Source: the human T2T-CHM13v2.0 reference genome, Homo sapiens. Taken from it: a stretch of 64,000 bases of DNA. The position numbers and the translations under genes are program-made. Every line of letters starts with the position of its first letter. Within the stretch, counting starts at the first letter, position 1. Under the pieces are notes generated by a model that saw only the letters and a list, made by a program, of their open reading frames with translations, did not search any database and was not told the origin of the DNA. The stretch lies in NCBI RefSeq assembly GCF_009914755.1, contig NC_060928.1, one strand, 5' to 3'. Shown here one piece after another: positions 1 through 12,832 of this stretch.

Positions 1-609
1 AATATAAACATGTATACACACACAAACATATATTAAAAAGGTAACAATGATGTTAGGTTTTTCAATAAAAAGTTTTTACTGCTGTTATATACTTTTAATA
101 TTTTTATATTTATAATGTAGAAACATAAGGAAAGCCATATCTCATATGACATGAAGATAGATCTAATTTCCACTCATTACAAGGTTATCTATACTGCCAA
201 TATTATTGTCATTTATTGCCATCTTCATAATTTTTAAAAAGTGCTAATTTTAATTTAGAGGTTATTGAAAATACAGGGGCAATTATTTTTTCCTCATTTG
301 ATTTCACAGACTCTGATTCTCTTCACAGATCCCAGATTAAGAATCTCTGAAGAAATGTTTTTGTTTGCTCATAGCAGAGGAAGAGAGAATGATAGGAGAA
401 ATGACAGGAGTCACATCCTGTCATTTCATTTTGGATTATAGCATATTGGTCTGAAAGTCACAAGACTCCACTTAACTCTAAGGTGGCTAAGAAATGTAGT
501 GTCCCAAACGCCCAAGAAAAGGAGGAACACCAGATATCAGGAAGCACTGTTATTGTCTTTATATCACTCACCCAGAACACTCATAAAATTCCTTCTGCTT
601 AATAGCCCC

Positions 610-738
610 TGTTATAACCAGTTGTGTGTTGCTATAACAGAGTAACACAGATTGGGTAATTTATAAAGAAAAGAAATATATTTCTCTGAGTTCTGGAGGC
701 TGGGAAGTCCAATATCAAGGTGGAAGGTGGAAGGGCAA
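610..738 (-). mobile_element. MaLR LTR fragment (MST/MLT1-like)
   Basis: tgttgctataacagagtaacacagattgggtaatttataaagaaaaga...ttctggaggctgggaagtccaatatcaagg. Confidence 0.7.
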
Positions 739-749
739 GTGGGTAAATT

Positions 750-1430
750 TTAACTGAAATATTCTTTGGCTTGCTCAGCCCCAAAATCTTGGAGTCATCC
801 TTTGCTTTTCTCTCTCATTTACCATTTCTAATATATAAGCAAATCCCGTCTGCTCTATGATCCCTTCTTCTTATATCCATCATTTTCACTTTTGTCCAAA
901 TCAGCATTAGCCATTGCCTGGATAGTTAGTCATAAGAGCTGCTAATTATTCTTTCTGCTTTTATTCTTATTTATATCTCCAAACCCATCTTTATTTTCAA
1001 CACAGCTGCCAAGATAAAACTTTTAATAAAAAATAAAAGTCAGATCTCTTATTTCTCTGCTCAGAACCCTGTGATGAGTTTTCCAAGAAAAGCCAAGTAA
1101 GTTCCAGTGACCTGAAGATCAATGTGTTGATCTGGCTCCCCTTACTTGCCTTATCTCCTCCTACTCTCCCTCTTTCTTTCCTCCATCTAGACCAGCCTCC
1201 TTCTCTTCCCAAACACTCAAGACAAGTCTTTGACTTGAGACATTTGCAACTGCTATGCCCTCTTTTCAGAAATGCTCTTCCTCAACATACCTCTATGACT
1301 AGCTCATTTATCTTACTCAGATTTCTACTCACATGCCACTTCCTCAGAAAGGACTTTCCTGACCACAACATTTAAAACAACTCCTCCCCACCCAAGCACA
1401 CTGCTTTAAATTTTAGTCTTAGCACTGCAC
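750..1430 (+). mobile_element. L2 LINE 3' fragment
   Basis: ccaaaatcttggagtcatcc, aaaagtcagatc, ctgctcagaaccct, aatgctcttcct, ttcctcagaaaggactttcctgacc. Confidence 0.7.
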
Positions 1431-1700
1431 TTTCTCTGTGGTATGAATGCTATACATTAGAACTCACCCTTTCTCATATATGGTGAACTCTATAGTCCAG
1501 TGCAGAGGATTCTCATGTTATTTAACTTTTTATGTGGATTGTCTTTCATCACTTTGAATAATATATTATGGATAACTCTATCATTTTGTTTGAAAAGTCA
1601 TTTTCCAGAAACTGTGTTTATTTTAACAATACACACTCTGGATCCTATTTTAAAAGAGATAAAAAGCCTGATTCACCAGAAAGTCATTAAACTAAGAACT

Positions 1701-1984
1701 GATATTTTCTGCATTTTGTCCTACCCTCAAAAGATAGGACCTTGGATTGTATAAAGATAATGAGACAACTATGATTCAAATATTTTCTTATAGTGCAACC
1801 CAGTTTGTAGCATTTGAGTATTATAAAATGTTCACCACTATGGAACTGAGGATATCTGGTCATATGCACATATTAACTAGATCCACAGAAGGTATTACAG
1901 CAGTTACCTGCACTTACCCTGTTGCTATGGTTAGGGTACCAGTAGTCCAGGTAAAAGGGGAACACAATTATGCAGGAATTATTT
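1701..1984 (+). pseudogene. Decayed processed fragment of a mitochondrial carrier gene, SLC25A16 (Graves disease carrier)-like
   Basis: ORF 1747-2007 (LYKDNETTMIQIFSYSATQFVAFEYYK...ISGHMH...GITAVTCTYPVAMVRV...QVKGEHNYAGII) aligns by eye to recalled SLC25A16 (LYKGNGAMMIRIFPYGAIQFMAFEHYK...ISGHVH...GMTAVICTYPLDMVRV...QVKGEHSYTGII). No introns; indels present; carrier motif degraded. Confidence 0.85.
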
Positions 1985-2391
1985 GTGGTGATGTGTTGTC
2001 AGAGTAATAGCACAGACAATATGTATTCAATGTAAATCATTGGCAAATGGAATTAGAAACTCTTCTGCCAGAATCTGAAGTACCTTATGATGAGTGAAAT
2101 AAATGAAGTATGTTTATGGCCACCATGAAATTCCAAAAAGATTATATTGCAGTTAATCTCTTAATATTGTTCATAGCATTACCTTGTAACAGTGGCTTTT
2201 ATAACACATAAACTTATAAAACAGATTTTTTTTACCATGACTAAAAACAAAATCACCCCCATGCTTTGTAACAAACTGCCAAAGAATATACAAAATGTGA
2301 CCTTAATATTTGGATGGAACATTCTGCTGGATACTTATCGGGTCACAGAAATCTCTAGTATTTTAGTTCATTCTCCCTCCCTCCCTCCCCC

Positions 2392-2393
2392 AT

Positions 2394-2428
<35 letters not shown>

Positions 2429-2429
2429 T
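2392..2429. repeat. (ATTT)n microsatellite
   Basis: about 9 ATTT units. Confidence 0.95.
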
Positions 2430-2664
2430 CAATAATCAAAAGTACTTACTATATTTTTATTCCAAAAGTTGTTTAGAAAATATAGAAAAAAAGCATTAGT
2501 CTGAGGCCAGATAATTAGTATTTTTGAAAGAATTTAAAAGTATTATTTGGAAGTAGAACTAATTTCAAGGTGTTTCTATTGTCTTCATGTTGTTACTCCA
2601 AACTTTTCATTGTAATCATGATTTTTAATATATTTAAAAACTGTTCATTTTTTTCATAAATCTG

Positions 2665-3630
2665 ATTTTTAAATGGACAAGAGATCTGAAGACCCCTCAG
2701 CAAACAAGATATACAGATGGTAAATAAGTATGTGAAATGATCTCACCATCATATGACATTAGGAAACTGCAAATTAGAACAATAATAAGATATGACTATG
2801 CACCTATTTAAAGTGGCTAAAATCCAAAATAATTCCAACAACAAATGCTAATAAAGATGTGAAGCAATAAGAATTTGCATTATTGCTGGCAGGAATATAA
2901 ACTGCTACAGTCATATTTGGAAGACAGGTTGGCAATTTTTTACAAAACTAAACATAGTTTTACCATGTGATATGCCAATCATGCTCCTAGGTATTTACCA
3001 AAGTGAGTTAAAAATACATGTCTATACAAAGCCTGCACTGAATGTTTATAGAAACTTTATTCATAATTGCCAAAAGTTAGAGCCAATGAAGATGTCCTTT
3101 ATTAGAAAAACTGTAGCATATTTATACAATAATTATTATTCAGCAATAAAAAATGAGTTATCAAGCCATAGAAAATCATTTAATGCTTATTGGTAATAGA
3201 AAGAAGCCAGTCTGAAATGGATGCAACTATAGGCAAAAAGACAAAGCTATGCAGGCAGTAAAAAAATCAAGGTTTGAGAAATGGAGGAGAGATGAATAGG
3301 TGGAGCAGAGGACACTTTTAGGACAGTAAAACTATTCTGCATAACACAGTAATGGTGGAAATATGACATTACACATTTATCAAAACCCATATAATTTTAC
3401 AAGACAAAGAGTCAACCTTAATGTAAACTATAAATTTAGTTAATGATAATGTATCAATATTAGTTCATCGGTTGTAACTCATGTACCCTACTAATGCATT
3501 ATGTTAATAGGGGAAACTGGAAACTGTTGGGGAAGGAAGGGTACATGGGAATTCTTCATCATTTCTGGCAATTTTCCTGTGAAACCAAAAATATTCTTAA
3601 AAAAATTGAGTTCATTAAATAAATAAACCA
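2665..3630 (+). mobile_element. Old L1 (L1M/L1MC-like) ORF2 end and 3' UTR
   Basis: aaatggacaagagatctgaa...atacagatggtaaataag...ctcctaggtatttacc...aaccttaatgtaaacta, A-rich tail. Confidence 0.8.
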
Positions 3631-3719
3631 ACAAACAAAAAGTAGTCAGTAGAGGTTCAATCACAAATGGTGAGTTTTCAGATATTGCTCAAATGGTACT
3701 ACCAACTATTGTGGGTAAT

Positions 3720-4400
3720 TATTTTTTAAATTTTATTTTATAAATTTAAGGGGTACAAGTGGTAGTTTTGTTACATGAATACACTGCCTAGCAGTGAGGT
3801 CTGGGCTTTTAGTGTAGCCAGCACCCAAAGAGTATACATTGTATTTATTAAGTAAATTCTCATTCCTCACTTCTCTCTTACATTTTCAAGTCTCTATGAT
3901 TATTTCAATCTCTATGTTCATGTGTATGCATCATTTAGCTCCTATTTATAAGTGAGAATATGTGGTATTTGACTTTTTGTTTTTGAGGTATTTCATTTAA
4001 GATAATGGTTTTTAGTTCCATCCCTGTTGTTACAAAAAACATGATTTCATTCTTTTTTATGGTTGAGTAGTATTCCATGGTGTGTGTGTGTGTGTGTGTG
4101 TGTGTGCATGGAATTTTCATGGTTTGTATATGTGTGTATATACATGTAAATATATATACATATGTCTATACACATAAACACACACACCACTTTTTATGGT
4201 TGAGTAATATTCCATGTTGTGTGTGTATAAACATTTTCATGGTTTGTATATGTGTATATATATGTATAAATATATATACTTATGTCTATACACATGAACA
4301 CACACACATCACTTTTATGATTCCATGTATTCCATGGAATTCCAAGTATTCCATGTATTCCATGTATTCCAAGTAGTATTCCATGGTGTATTACACACAC

Positions 4401-4442
<42 letters not shown>

Positions 4443-4660
4443 ATGGAATACTAAGTGAGAACATGTGTTATTTTCTTTTCTGTTCCTCTGTTAGTTTGAT
4501 AAGGATAATGGCCTCCAGCTCTATCAATGTTTCTGCAAAGGACATGATCTCATTCTTTTTTATGGATACATAGTATTCATTGGTTTTGTTGTTGTTGTTA
4601 TTGAGATATTTGAGTTCCGTAGAGATTCTGTATATTAGTCCCTTTGTCAGCTGACAATTT
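3720..4660 (-). mobile_element. L1 (L1MA/L1PB-like) 3' fragments interrupted by a complex TG/CA repeat
   Basis: Minus ORF MEYYSTIKKNEIMFFVTTGMELKTIILNEI is L1 3'-end-like; the aagtgagaa segment occurs at ~3950 and again at ~4453. Confidence 0.8.
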
Positions 4661-4924
4661 TTTTTTGAAAGTCAATGTATTTTGTAAAGGTAGCAATAAT
4701 AAATATTGAATATCTTTGCTCTCAGAAAAATATTTATATTAATTGTTTTATCTTGTTGGAAAGTTTGATCTATACTAGATTTATGTAAGTGAACTGTGAA
4801 ATATTCATTAATATAGATATATGATGATAAAAGTTTTCCAAAGGTATTATGGCATGATAAAACTAGTTCTTTCATGTAAAGTAACTATTTTTAAAAATAT
4901 TATTATTAGTAGTAATAGTAGTAT

Positions 4925-5591
4925 CATTTTAGAGACAGGATCTAGCCCTGTTACCCAGGCTGCAGTGCAGTAGTATGATCATAGCTTGCTGCTACCCTTG
5001 AATTTCTGGGGTCAGGTGATCCTCTTGCCTCAGCCTCCTGTGTAGCTGAGACTACAGGTGCATGCCAACACATCTAATTTCTAAAAATCTTTTTGTGTAG
5101 AGAAAGTGATATGGTTTGGATTTGTGTCCCCACCCAAAACTCATGTTAAATTTTAATCCCCAGTGTTGGAGGAATAGCCTGGTGGGAGGTAATTGGATCA
5201 TGGGGGCATATTTCCCCTTTGCTTTTCTTGTGATAGTGAGTTCTCATGAGACCTGGTTGTTTAAAAGCACATGACACTTTCCCTTTCACTCTTTTCCTCC
5301 TGCTCTAGCCATGTAGGATGCACCTGTTTCTCCTTCGCCTTCTCCATGATTGTAAGTTTCCAGAGGCTTCCTCAGTCATGCTTCCTATACAACCTATGGA
5401 ACTATCAGTCAATTAAACCTGTTTTATTTATAAATAGCCCAGTCTCAGGTAGTTCTTTATAGCAATGCAAGGACAAACAAATACGGACAGGGTCTTGCTT
5501 TGTTGCCCAGGCTGTTCTCAAGCTCCTGACCTCAAGTGATCCTCCCACCTCAGCCTCCCTAAGTGCTGGAATGAGCTGCCACACCCAGCCT
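4925..5591 (-). mobile_element. AluJ split by an MST LTR
   Basis: One arm at 4925-5106, the other at 5486-5591. Confidence 0.85.
5107..5485 (+). mobile_element. MST (MSTA-like) solo LTR
   Basis: tgatatggtttggatttgtgtccccaccc...ctcaggtagttctttatagcaatgc; near-TSD GAAAG/GACAG. Confidence 0.88.
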
Positions 5592-5722
5592 AAATAAGCA
5601 TGAGCCACCACACTCAGCCTGAAATAACTTTAATGTGATACAGCTTATAAGCATGAGCACCATAACCAGCCTAAAATAACTTTAATGTGATACAAACTTA
5701 TGTAGAGATGTAAACTTAAAAT

Positions 5723-5882
5723 TGGCTGGTGCTGGGGTGTGCACCTGTAATTCCAACTCTTTGGGAGGCTAAGGTTGGAGGATCACTTAGTCTGGGAGTT
5801 CTAGACTGCAGTGTACCATGTTTGCACCTGTGAATAGCCACTGCACTCCGGTGGCAATATAGGAGATCCTGTTTCTAAAAAG
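5723..5882 (+). mobile_element. FAM/FRAM-like Alu monomer
   Basis: Single arm with 7SL-like tgtgaatagccactgcactcc. Confidence 0.75.
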
Positions 5883-6116
5883 AAATTTGAATTGTTTTCC
5901 TTTGTTTAAAAATGATTTAAAACATAAGAATTACATTTACTGTGTTCAGAGCCATGTCTATATTTTATCATAAGCAGACATGGGAGAGGAATAGTGTGAT
6001 TTGTAGAATGAATGTAATTTTTAATGCATTCGAAATCTAAGTTAAAACTGACTTTTCTGCTTGAATTTTTATGTTTTCGTAAAATATTTTTGTCATTATT
6101 TTTGTAAAAATGTGAT

Positions 6117-6237
6117 TGTCTTAGTCTCTCCATGCTGTTACAATAACATATATAATACTAGGTAATTTTTAAAGAACAGAAATGTATTTTTCCCAGTCCT
6201 GGAGGCTGAGAAGTTCAAGATCAAGACATCAGCATGG
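6117..6237 (-). mobile_element. MaLR LTR fragment
   Basis: tgtcttagtc...ggtaatttttaaagaacagaaatgtattt...ctggaggctgagaagttcaagatcaag. Confidence 0.65.
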
Positions 6238-6287
6238 TCATTTAATCATTTAATACATCTGCATCTAATTTTCTCACCTATAAAATA

Positions 6288-6588
6288 AGTCTGAGGTAGT
6301 TCATGCTTGTAATCTCAGCACTTTGGGAGGCCAAGGCGGAAAAATCGTTTGAGCTCAGGAGTTTGAGACCAGCCTGAGCAATATAGTGCAATGCCCATCT
6401 CTACAAAATATTTAAATAAATAGCCAGGCATGGTGGCCACTCACTTGTAGTCTGAGCTATTCAGGAGGCTGAGGCAGGAGGATCGCTTGAGCCCAGGAAG
6501 TTGAGACTGCAGTGAGCCATGATCATGCCACTGTATTCCAGCCTAGATGACAAAGTGAGACCCTTTCTAAAAATAAATAAAATAAAAA
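6288..6588 (+). mobile_element. AluJ
   Basis: Dimeric Alu with ggaggatcgcttgagcccagg. Confidence 0.9.
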
Positions 6589-9500
6589 GATTGTTTCCTA
6601 CTGTTTAGTTGTGAGAAATAACAGAGATGATAATGTAAGATGAAAGGAAGTAATATGATGAATGTACTTTATGAATGAATGAAAAAGAATAGCTGTTGCT
6701 ACTGCTTGCTGATGTTTTTAACAACCATGTGTAAGATTGGTTGTCACCTGTCTGTGCATACATCTCCTTTACTAGCTTGTATGCATCTTGAAAGAAAGGG
6801 ACACAAGAGAAATCTTGTATCCTTAGTGCCTACTGCCATAACATGTACTCATCACGGTTGAATTAAATTAAATTACATTGCTTACAACCAGCAGGAACTT
6901 CGATTTTTTTTAACTACAAGTAGGATTAGAATTCACTTTTATAAGAGATGGGTAGTACGGACTTACATGGGTGATTTTCCCAAACTCTCATATGTTTTGT
7001 CTATAATTAGCTAGCTCTCCAAGTGTTAATCTGGATGATAAACATTTTATGGTATGAGGTTGGTGGACTTTGCTTCTTATACGAATTTTCCCATGGAAAA
7101 AAAATTTAACTTCTTAGGTCTTGAACAATTTGGCAATAGCTTTTTTATGGAAGCAATCACCATACCTACTTTAAGAAGGGTAAACACCAGCAGTGAGGGA
7201 GGGCAGGACATTTTCTCCAACCTGAGATTAAAGGCGACTCCAGAAAAATATGGTGTATATTGACACATGCTGCTCGGTGTACAAAGGTTTTGTGTGTGGA
7301 CCACGCACCAGGGGTTATAAAGGTGCAGTCAAATAGGAGAATTTCAAGAAGAAAAGCACTTACTTTTAGGTGTTTAGAGTAAGAATATCAAATTTATTAT
7401 TCATTCATAAAATTCCTTCAGCTAAATATCTCCCAATTCACAGTATCATATAGAGGATAAAATAATATAAATACTTTATTATATATTTTATGAACTAAGA
7501 GATGAAAAATGAATATGGGGAAAGTTTAAATAAAGGAAATATATGAAAGTCTGGTAATCTATAAAATTTACATATAATAGATTCAGCTTTTAACCAGAAA
7601 TAAAATCTTCCTTAGAGCGCCTGATATTCTTCATTATCATTGTCATCATCTTTATATCTTACTGAACCCTTTTTATGCACCAGGAACTGTGCTATGTGCT
7701 TTGCTCAAAACTCATCAGTATTCACTGTGATTCACAGATGGGGACTCCCACTTTCCAGGGAGGAAGCTGAGACTTAGTGGATATTTTTAAAATTGTCTAT
7801 TGTTACACAGATACTAAATGAAATTTAAGCTCAATTCCGCATCACTCTGACTTTGGGAAGAAAATTATGCGTTCTCTATGCATTTTGATTCTAGCCATTC
7901 CACATTCAACAAGACAATTCCATAAGTGTGAAGTTTACTACAATATCAACTGCTAGAGTGCAATGACTGTGCAGCTTATATTTGTTCATCACAATACTTA
8001 TCAGTTCCTTGCATTTAGCAAGTATTGAAATATTTATCAAATTAATTTTTACATAAATCGTTGTTGAGGTTTTTTTGATAAAATTTCATTTTGGTGTTTT
8101 TTGCTAGTATACTTTCATTATTCTCCCCAAACTTCTAAACCCTTCTTTTAACAATTACAATCAAAGAATGATTCAGAATTTTGTTTGATGGGAACAGAAT
8201 AGAAAAAAATAGAGGCCACAGTCAGTAACATCTTTATTATCCTATCTACTGACAAGCCTATAAACCTCCTTGCACTTGCATAAATCTTGTTACTTTCTGT
8301 TAAGTGGAAGAAGCATTCCTTCTCTTATTAAAGTCCAGGACTGTGACATGTGCCTTGTATCCCGTCCCCTCTTGCTTTCTTACGGACATTCATTCTTTGC
8401 TAGGTGTTATCCTTTGTTCTCATCTTTGTTGTCTAAACAAATATAACACATTATAATGAGAGGAAGAGCATCAGTTTTAGATTTTCTTTGATTTTTTGGT
8501 GAGACAAAAGTGAAGAGGTCACCTGGAATCTTTGTCCTGTAGCACCTTGGCTATACACCAACCATATAGTACCTAGGAATAAAATTCTAATTTAAGTACA
8601 CAGAATAAATAGTACAACAAGTAAGCAAAAGTCAGGTTATACAACATTAAATTGTAAAATTTTCTACAGTGAAGTATTCTAATTTTTAAAGAATTTTTTC
8701 AAAAATTGTATGAAGTGTGTTTCAACTGCTCGTTTGAACTCCTGGGACTAAAAGGTGATCAAGGCCTTTAATAATATATCAATACTGGTTCACTAATTGT
8801 AACAAATATACTACACTAAGGTGTTAGTAACAGGAAAAGCTGGATATAGATGATATATGGAAACTCTCTGTGCTGTCTTCGCTAATTTTCTGTATGTATT
8901 GAACTGTTCTAAAATGAAATATTTATTAAAAAAATGAGATAATGTATCTAAAATTTAGAAAAAATAATGTTTCAGACACTCAAAGTATGCAAAGCTCAAC
9001 ATTAAACACAAGAGTAGAAAATAAAAGAACTCTTGGATTAGAAAAAGTGATTTTTTTTTTGAAATAAGAATTGGAATTGAGGAAATTCAGATAAAATAGA
9101 TTGAGGAATACTATGGTGTATGTAAATAATACCAGAAATGAGAATCAGTGATTTATACAAAGAAATGGTTGAGAGACATTGAAGAATTCTCTTTTGCCAA
9201 TACACTAAACATAGATGAAATGGAGCTATTCTGGATAAAATATAACTCTACTCAATAATAAATATAAAGAAATAACTATAAATGCTATGTTTTGATTACA
9301 TTTCTTTAATAGTTATTGAATACTGTAAGGTCATAACAATTAAGAAATTTAATAATTTAATTAGTAATTAAATAATGCTAGCACCTCCAAAGAAATTTAA
9401 TTAGCAATTTACTGATTTACAGAAAGTATATATAAGATTAAGATGGTTTTATAGATGAGGTCTACTAAATACTCAAAGAAAAAAAAATTCCTGTTTTTAA

Positions 9501-10439
9501 ATTTCTGATGGTGTTAACAGTGATATTCCCTTTAGTTCCAGTAGGAGGAGGTAAAAACCTAAGAAGTTTTCAAGGATGCTGACCCAACTGTTAAAAGCTA
9601 AGAGCAAATCCAGACTTTGGGATTTATTTTAACTCCAAACACCTTTTTGTGACATACATAAAGTCTTTAAAAGGTGCAAAGTCTTACTTTATAGATTTGA
9701 GTGTTCTCTGACCACTCCAAATGGAAATATTTTAATTTTTCATTTGGGGAATAGCTGTAGTGACCAAGTAATATTAGTAAAAGGACTAAGGAAAACTACA
9801 AAGTACCATCTTTTCCCCCTCAGTACTCCCCTTTCTCCATCACCCCACCCCTGCCTGCCAAACATACACACACACAAAAAAAACAAAATCTGGGGAGACT
9901 TAATAATGCTCTCTACACCCTATATATTTGAGAAGGTTTGTGGGCAAGAAATCTATTTTAATTTTGATCCCTTTCTTTCCATAAAGGAAGTATCAACTTT
10001 GATCATTAGGTGACATCAAAGAGCAACATAATATACTCAGATGACTAAATGCAAAGAACTGAAAAACTAAATTGGTCTTGCAGTAAATCATCTTTCTTTA
10101 ATTAGACAGTCAGAAATTCTGTATCTGGTTTGAAATAATATTAAACAGTTTGTTATTTCCTGAAAGAAAACCTATCATCAAAATCATAACAAATCCTTCA
10201 GTTATAAATTCTACAATTAAATACACGACTTTAGAATGTGAATTATTTTGTCTTTCTTTGTTGAGAGACAAGCATTACAATTTTATTTGTCTACACATTT
10301 CTATCATTACTGAATTAGATCCTAGACATTTAAACTCATCAGGTATTAGTCATCAAAACATACAAAGAAATTGTCAACTACAAGCATGTTCTTTTTTGTT
10401 CCTTTGAGTTTATGTCAAGGCTATGGGGTTAGGGATGAA

Positions 10440-11550
10440 TATCTAATTCAATTTCAATTTCATTAAAAACAATCAATTTGTGGTCATGTATATTTCAAGT
10501 ACTACAAGTCGCTGATGATACCACAATGTCTCTACTTGTCCTCAAAGAATTCATTGTAGGGAAAGACAAACATGTAAATAGTCAATTAAAATACAGTGTT
10601 GGTAAAATACAATGCTGATACTTGTGAAAATTAGACCTCAGAAAAGGGTCATGTAACAAACACTGGAAGGAAATTTATGATAAAGCAGGTGTAGGCCAGG
10701 CAAGAGCAGGAATAGAGTGGAATAATACAACAAAGAAATATTCCAGGAGAAGCGAACAGCACGTGCATAGAGCTGAAGGAGTAAGAGCTTCATGCATTCT
10801 TAAAACTGAGGGAGGTCTCTGTGATTGTATCCCTGAGAAAAGATGGATGCTGCAGGGTGGTATGAAGTGAGGTTAAAAATCTAAACAAGACCCATATCAT
10901 GCAGAGACTCATAGGTGATTTAGGTGTTTGACTATCATCCTAGAGCAATGGGGAGCCAGTAGGAAAACATGCTTTAATAAAACACAATCTGCTTTGCACT
11001 TTACTGTAGTAGTGGCAAGGGAGGCTCAAAGTAAATTTTTAGGTTTCTACCTTGAGAAGATGAGGAGTCATAATATGAGAAATGACCAAAATATAGGAAA
11101 TAGTGTTCCAAAGATATTGTACACCATCTTCCTCCACCATGCACACACACAAAGCAAACATGTACAATGGCTGGAAAAAAATTCTGAAAATGTCAATCAA
11201 TAAGGAATGGTTAAGGAAGGAAAGCTATCCAAGAAAACAGGAGGAAGAAAAGCAAGAAAGATATTTTATCTTATTAGAGATGACATGAGAAGAGGAAATT
11301 CCTTGAAAATAAAAGAGTCAGTAATATTAAATGCTGCAGAGGAGTTAATAGTACACAGACTGTGGAGGTCATTAATAGAGCACAGTCCTTGTAATACTCA
11401 GCCTTGTGGAATATTTGATTTAAAGAAGTAGAGAGACACTTGTTCTATTGAAAAGAGAAAGAAAGGGCAAAGCAAAGTGCAGACAAATGAATTTGCAGGT
11501 TTGATGGCAAGAACAGTGAATGTAGATCTGATGCAGTCAGGTTTTCATGG
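10440..11550 (-). mobile_element. L2 LINE fragments
   Basis: tgtcctcaaagaattcattgtagggaaagacaaaca; ttccaggagaagcgaacagcacgtgc; atcctagagcaatggggagcca. Confidence 0.6.
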
Positions 11551-12441
11551 CAGAGGGACCACCAAATTAGCAGAATGGAAAATAGGAAGTACACTAGTTT
11601 TTGTGGGCAATATTTATGGTCCTGATGCCTTTGGAGCTCATAAATATATAAAAGCAACAATGTGCATAATATTGTTTTTGTTGTTGTTGTTTTCAGTAGG
11701 GTTCAACAGTCCTGTTGCTGGGATAGATAATTCAGACCAGAGGTGTCTTAGATGGTATTGAAGGAAAACATGTGTTCTTCCAGGGCAAACCAGATTTCTT
11801 TCAAAGCATTTCAGGGCAGTCATTTAGGAGGCTAATAGAAAGGAAAGTTACATTTAACGTGAAATTATAATTTCATGGGACAATAGTCTTTAAACTGATA
11901 GGTACATACCTGGGGGCTCATGAATATATTCTGAGGTCTATCAAACACATGTATTTTTATGAAATCAATTCACAGACATTCAACCTTCAATCATACTCTT
12001 CCCTAAACTTCTATTCAGAACACACATGGTAGCAGCACCGTATTAGTCCTCCTTTCTCACCCACCCTTTTACAATCAAATTCCTTCTACTTAAAGGATAA
12101 TAAAGACATACCCTTTTTTCAACCCAAATCTAAATATAATATGTTGCTCTAAGAGAGAAAAAAAAAACCTTTGAGGTGCAAACTAAAGGAACAATTCAAA
12201 CGATAGTTGTCAGCAAATCCTCCTATAACCAAGGCACCATAAATCCTATCACCCATATCATTAAAATAAGAATTTCTACTATAATTTCAGCTTTTTGATA
12301 AGTAACTAATATATAAGCAAATGCATATATGTTGTTTTGATCAAACACACAAGAATAACTCAAACTACATGCGTATTTTAACATTTACACAAGTATAGTC
12401 ACTAAAAATATTTTTAAGACTACTAATTTTCATTGTATTAA

Positions 12442-12832
<391 letters not shown>

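Noticed and set aside
4077-4573. Cys/His-rich ORFs (VCVCVC, HTHTHT)
   Set aside because: Translations of TG/CA microsatellites.
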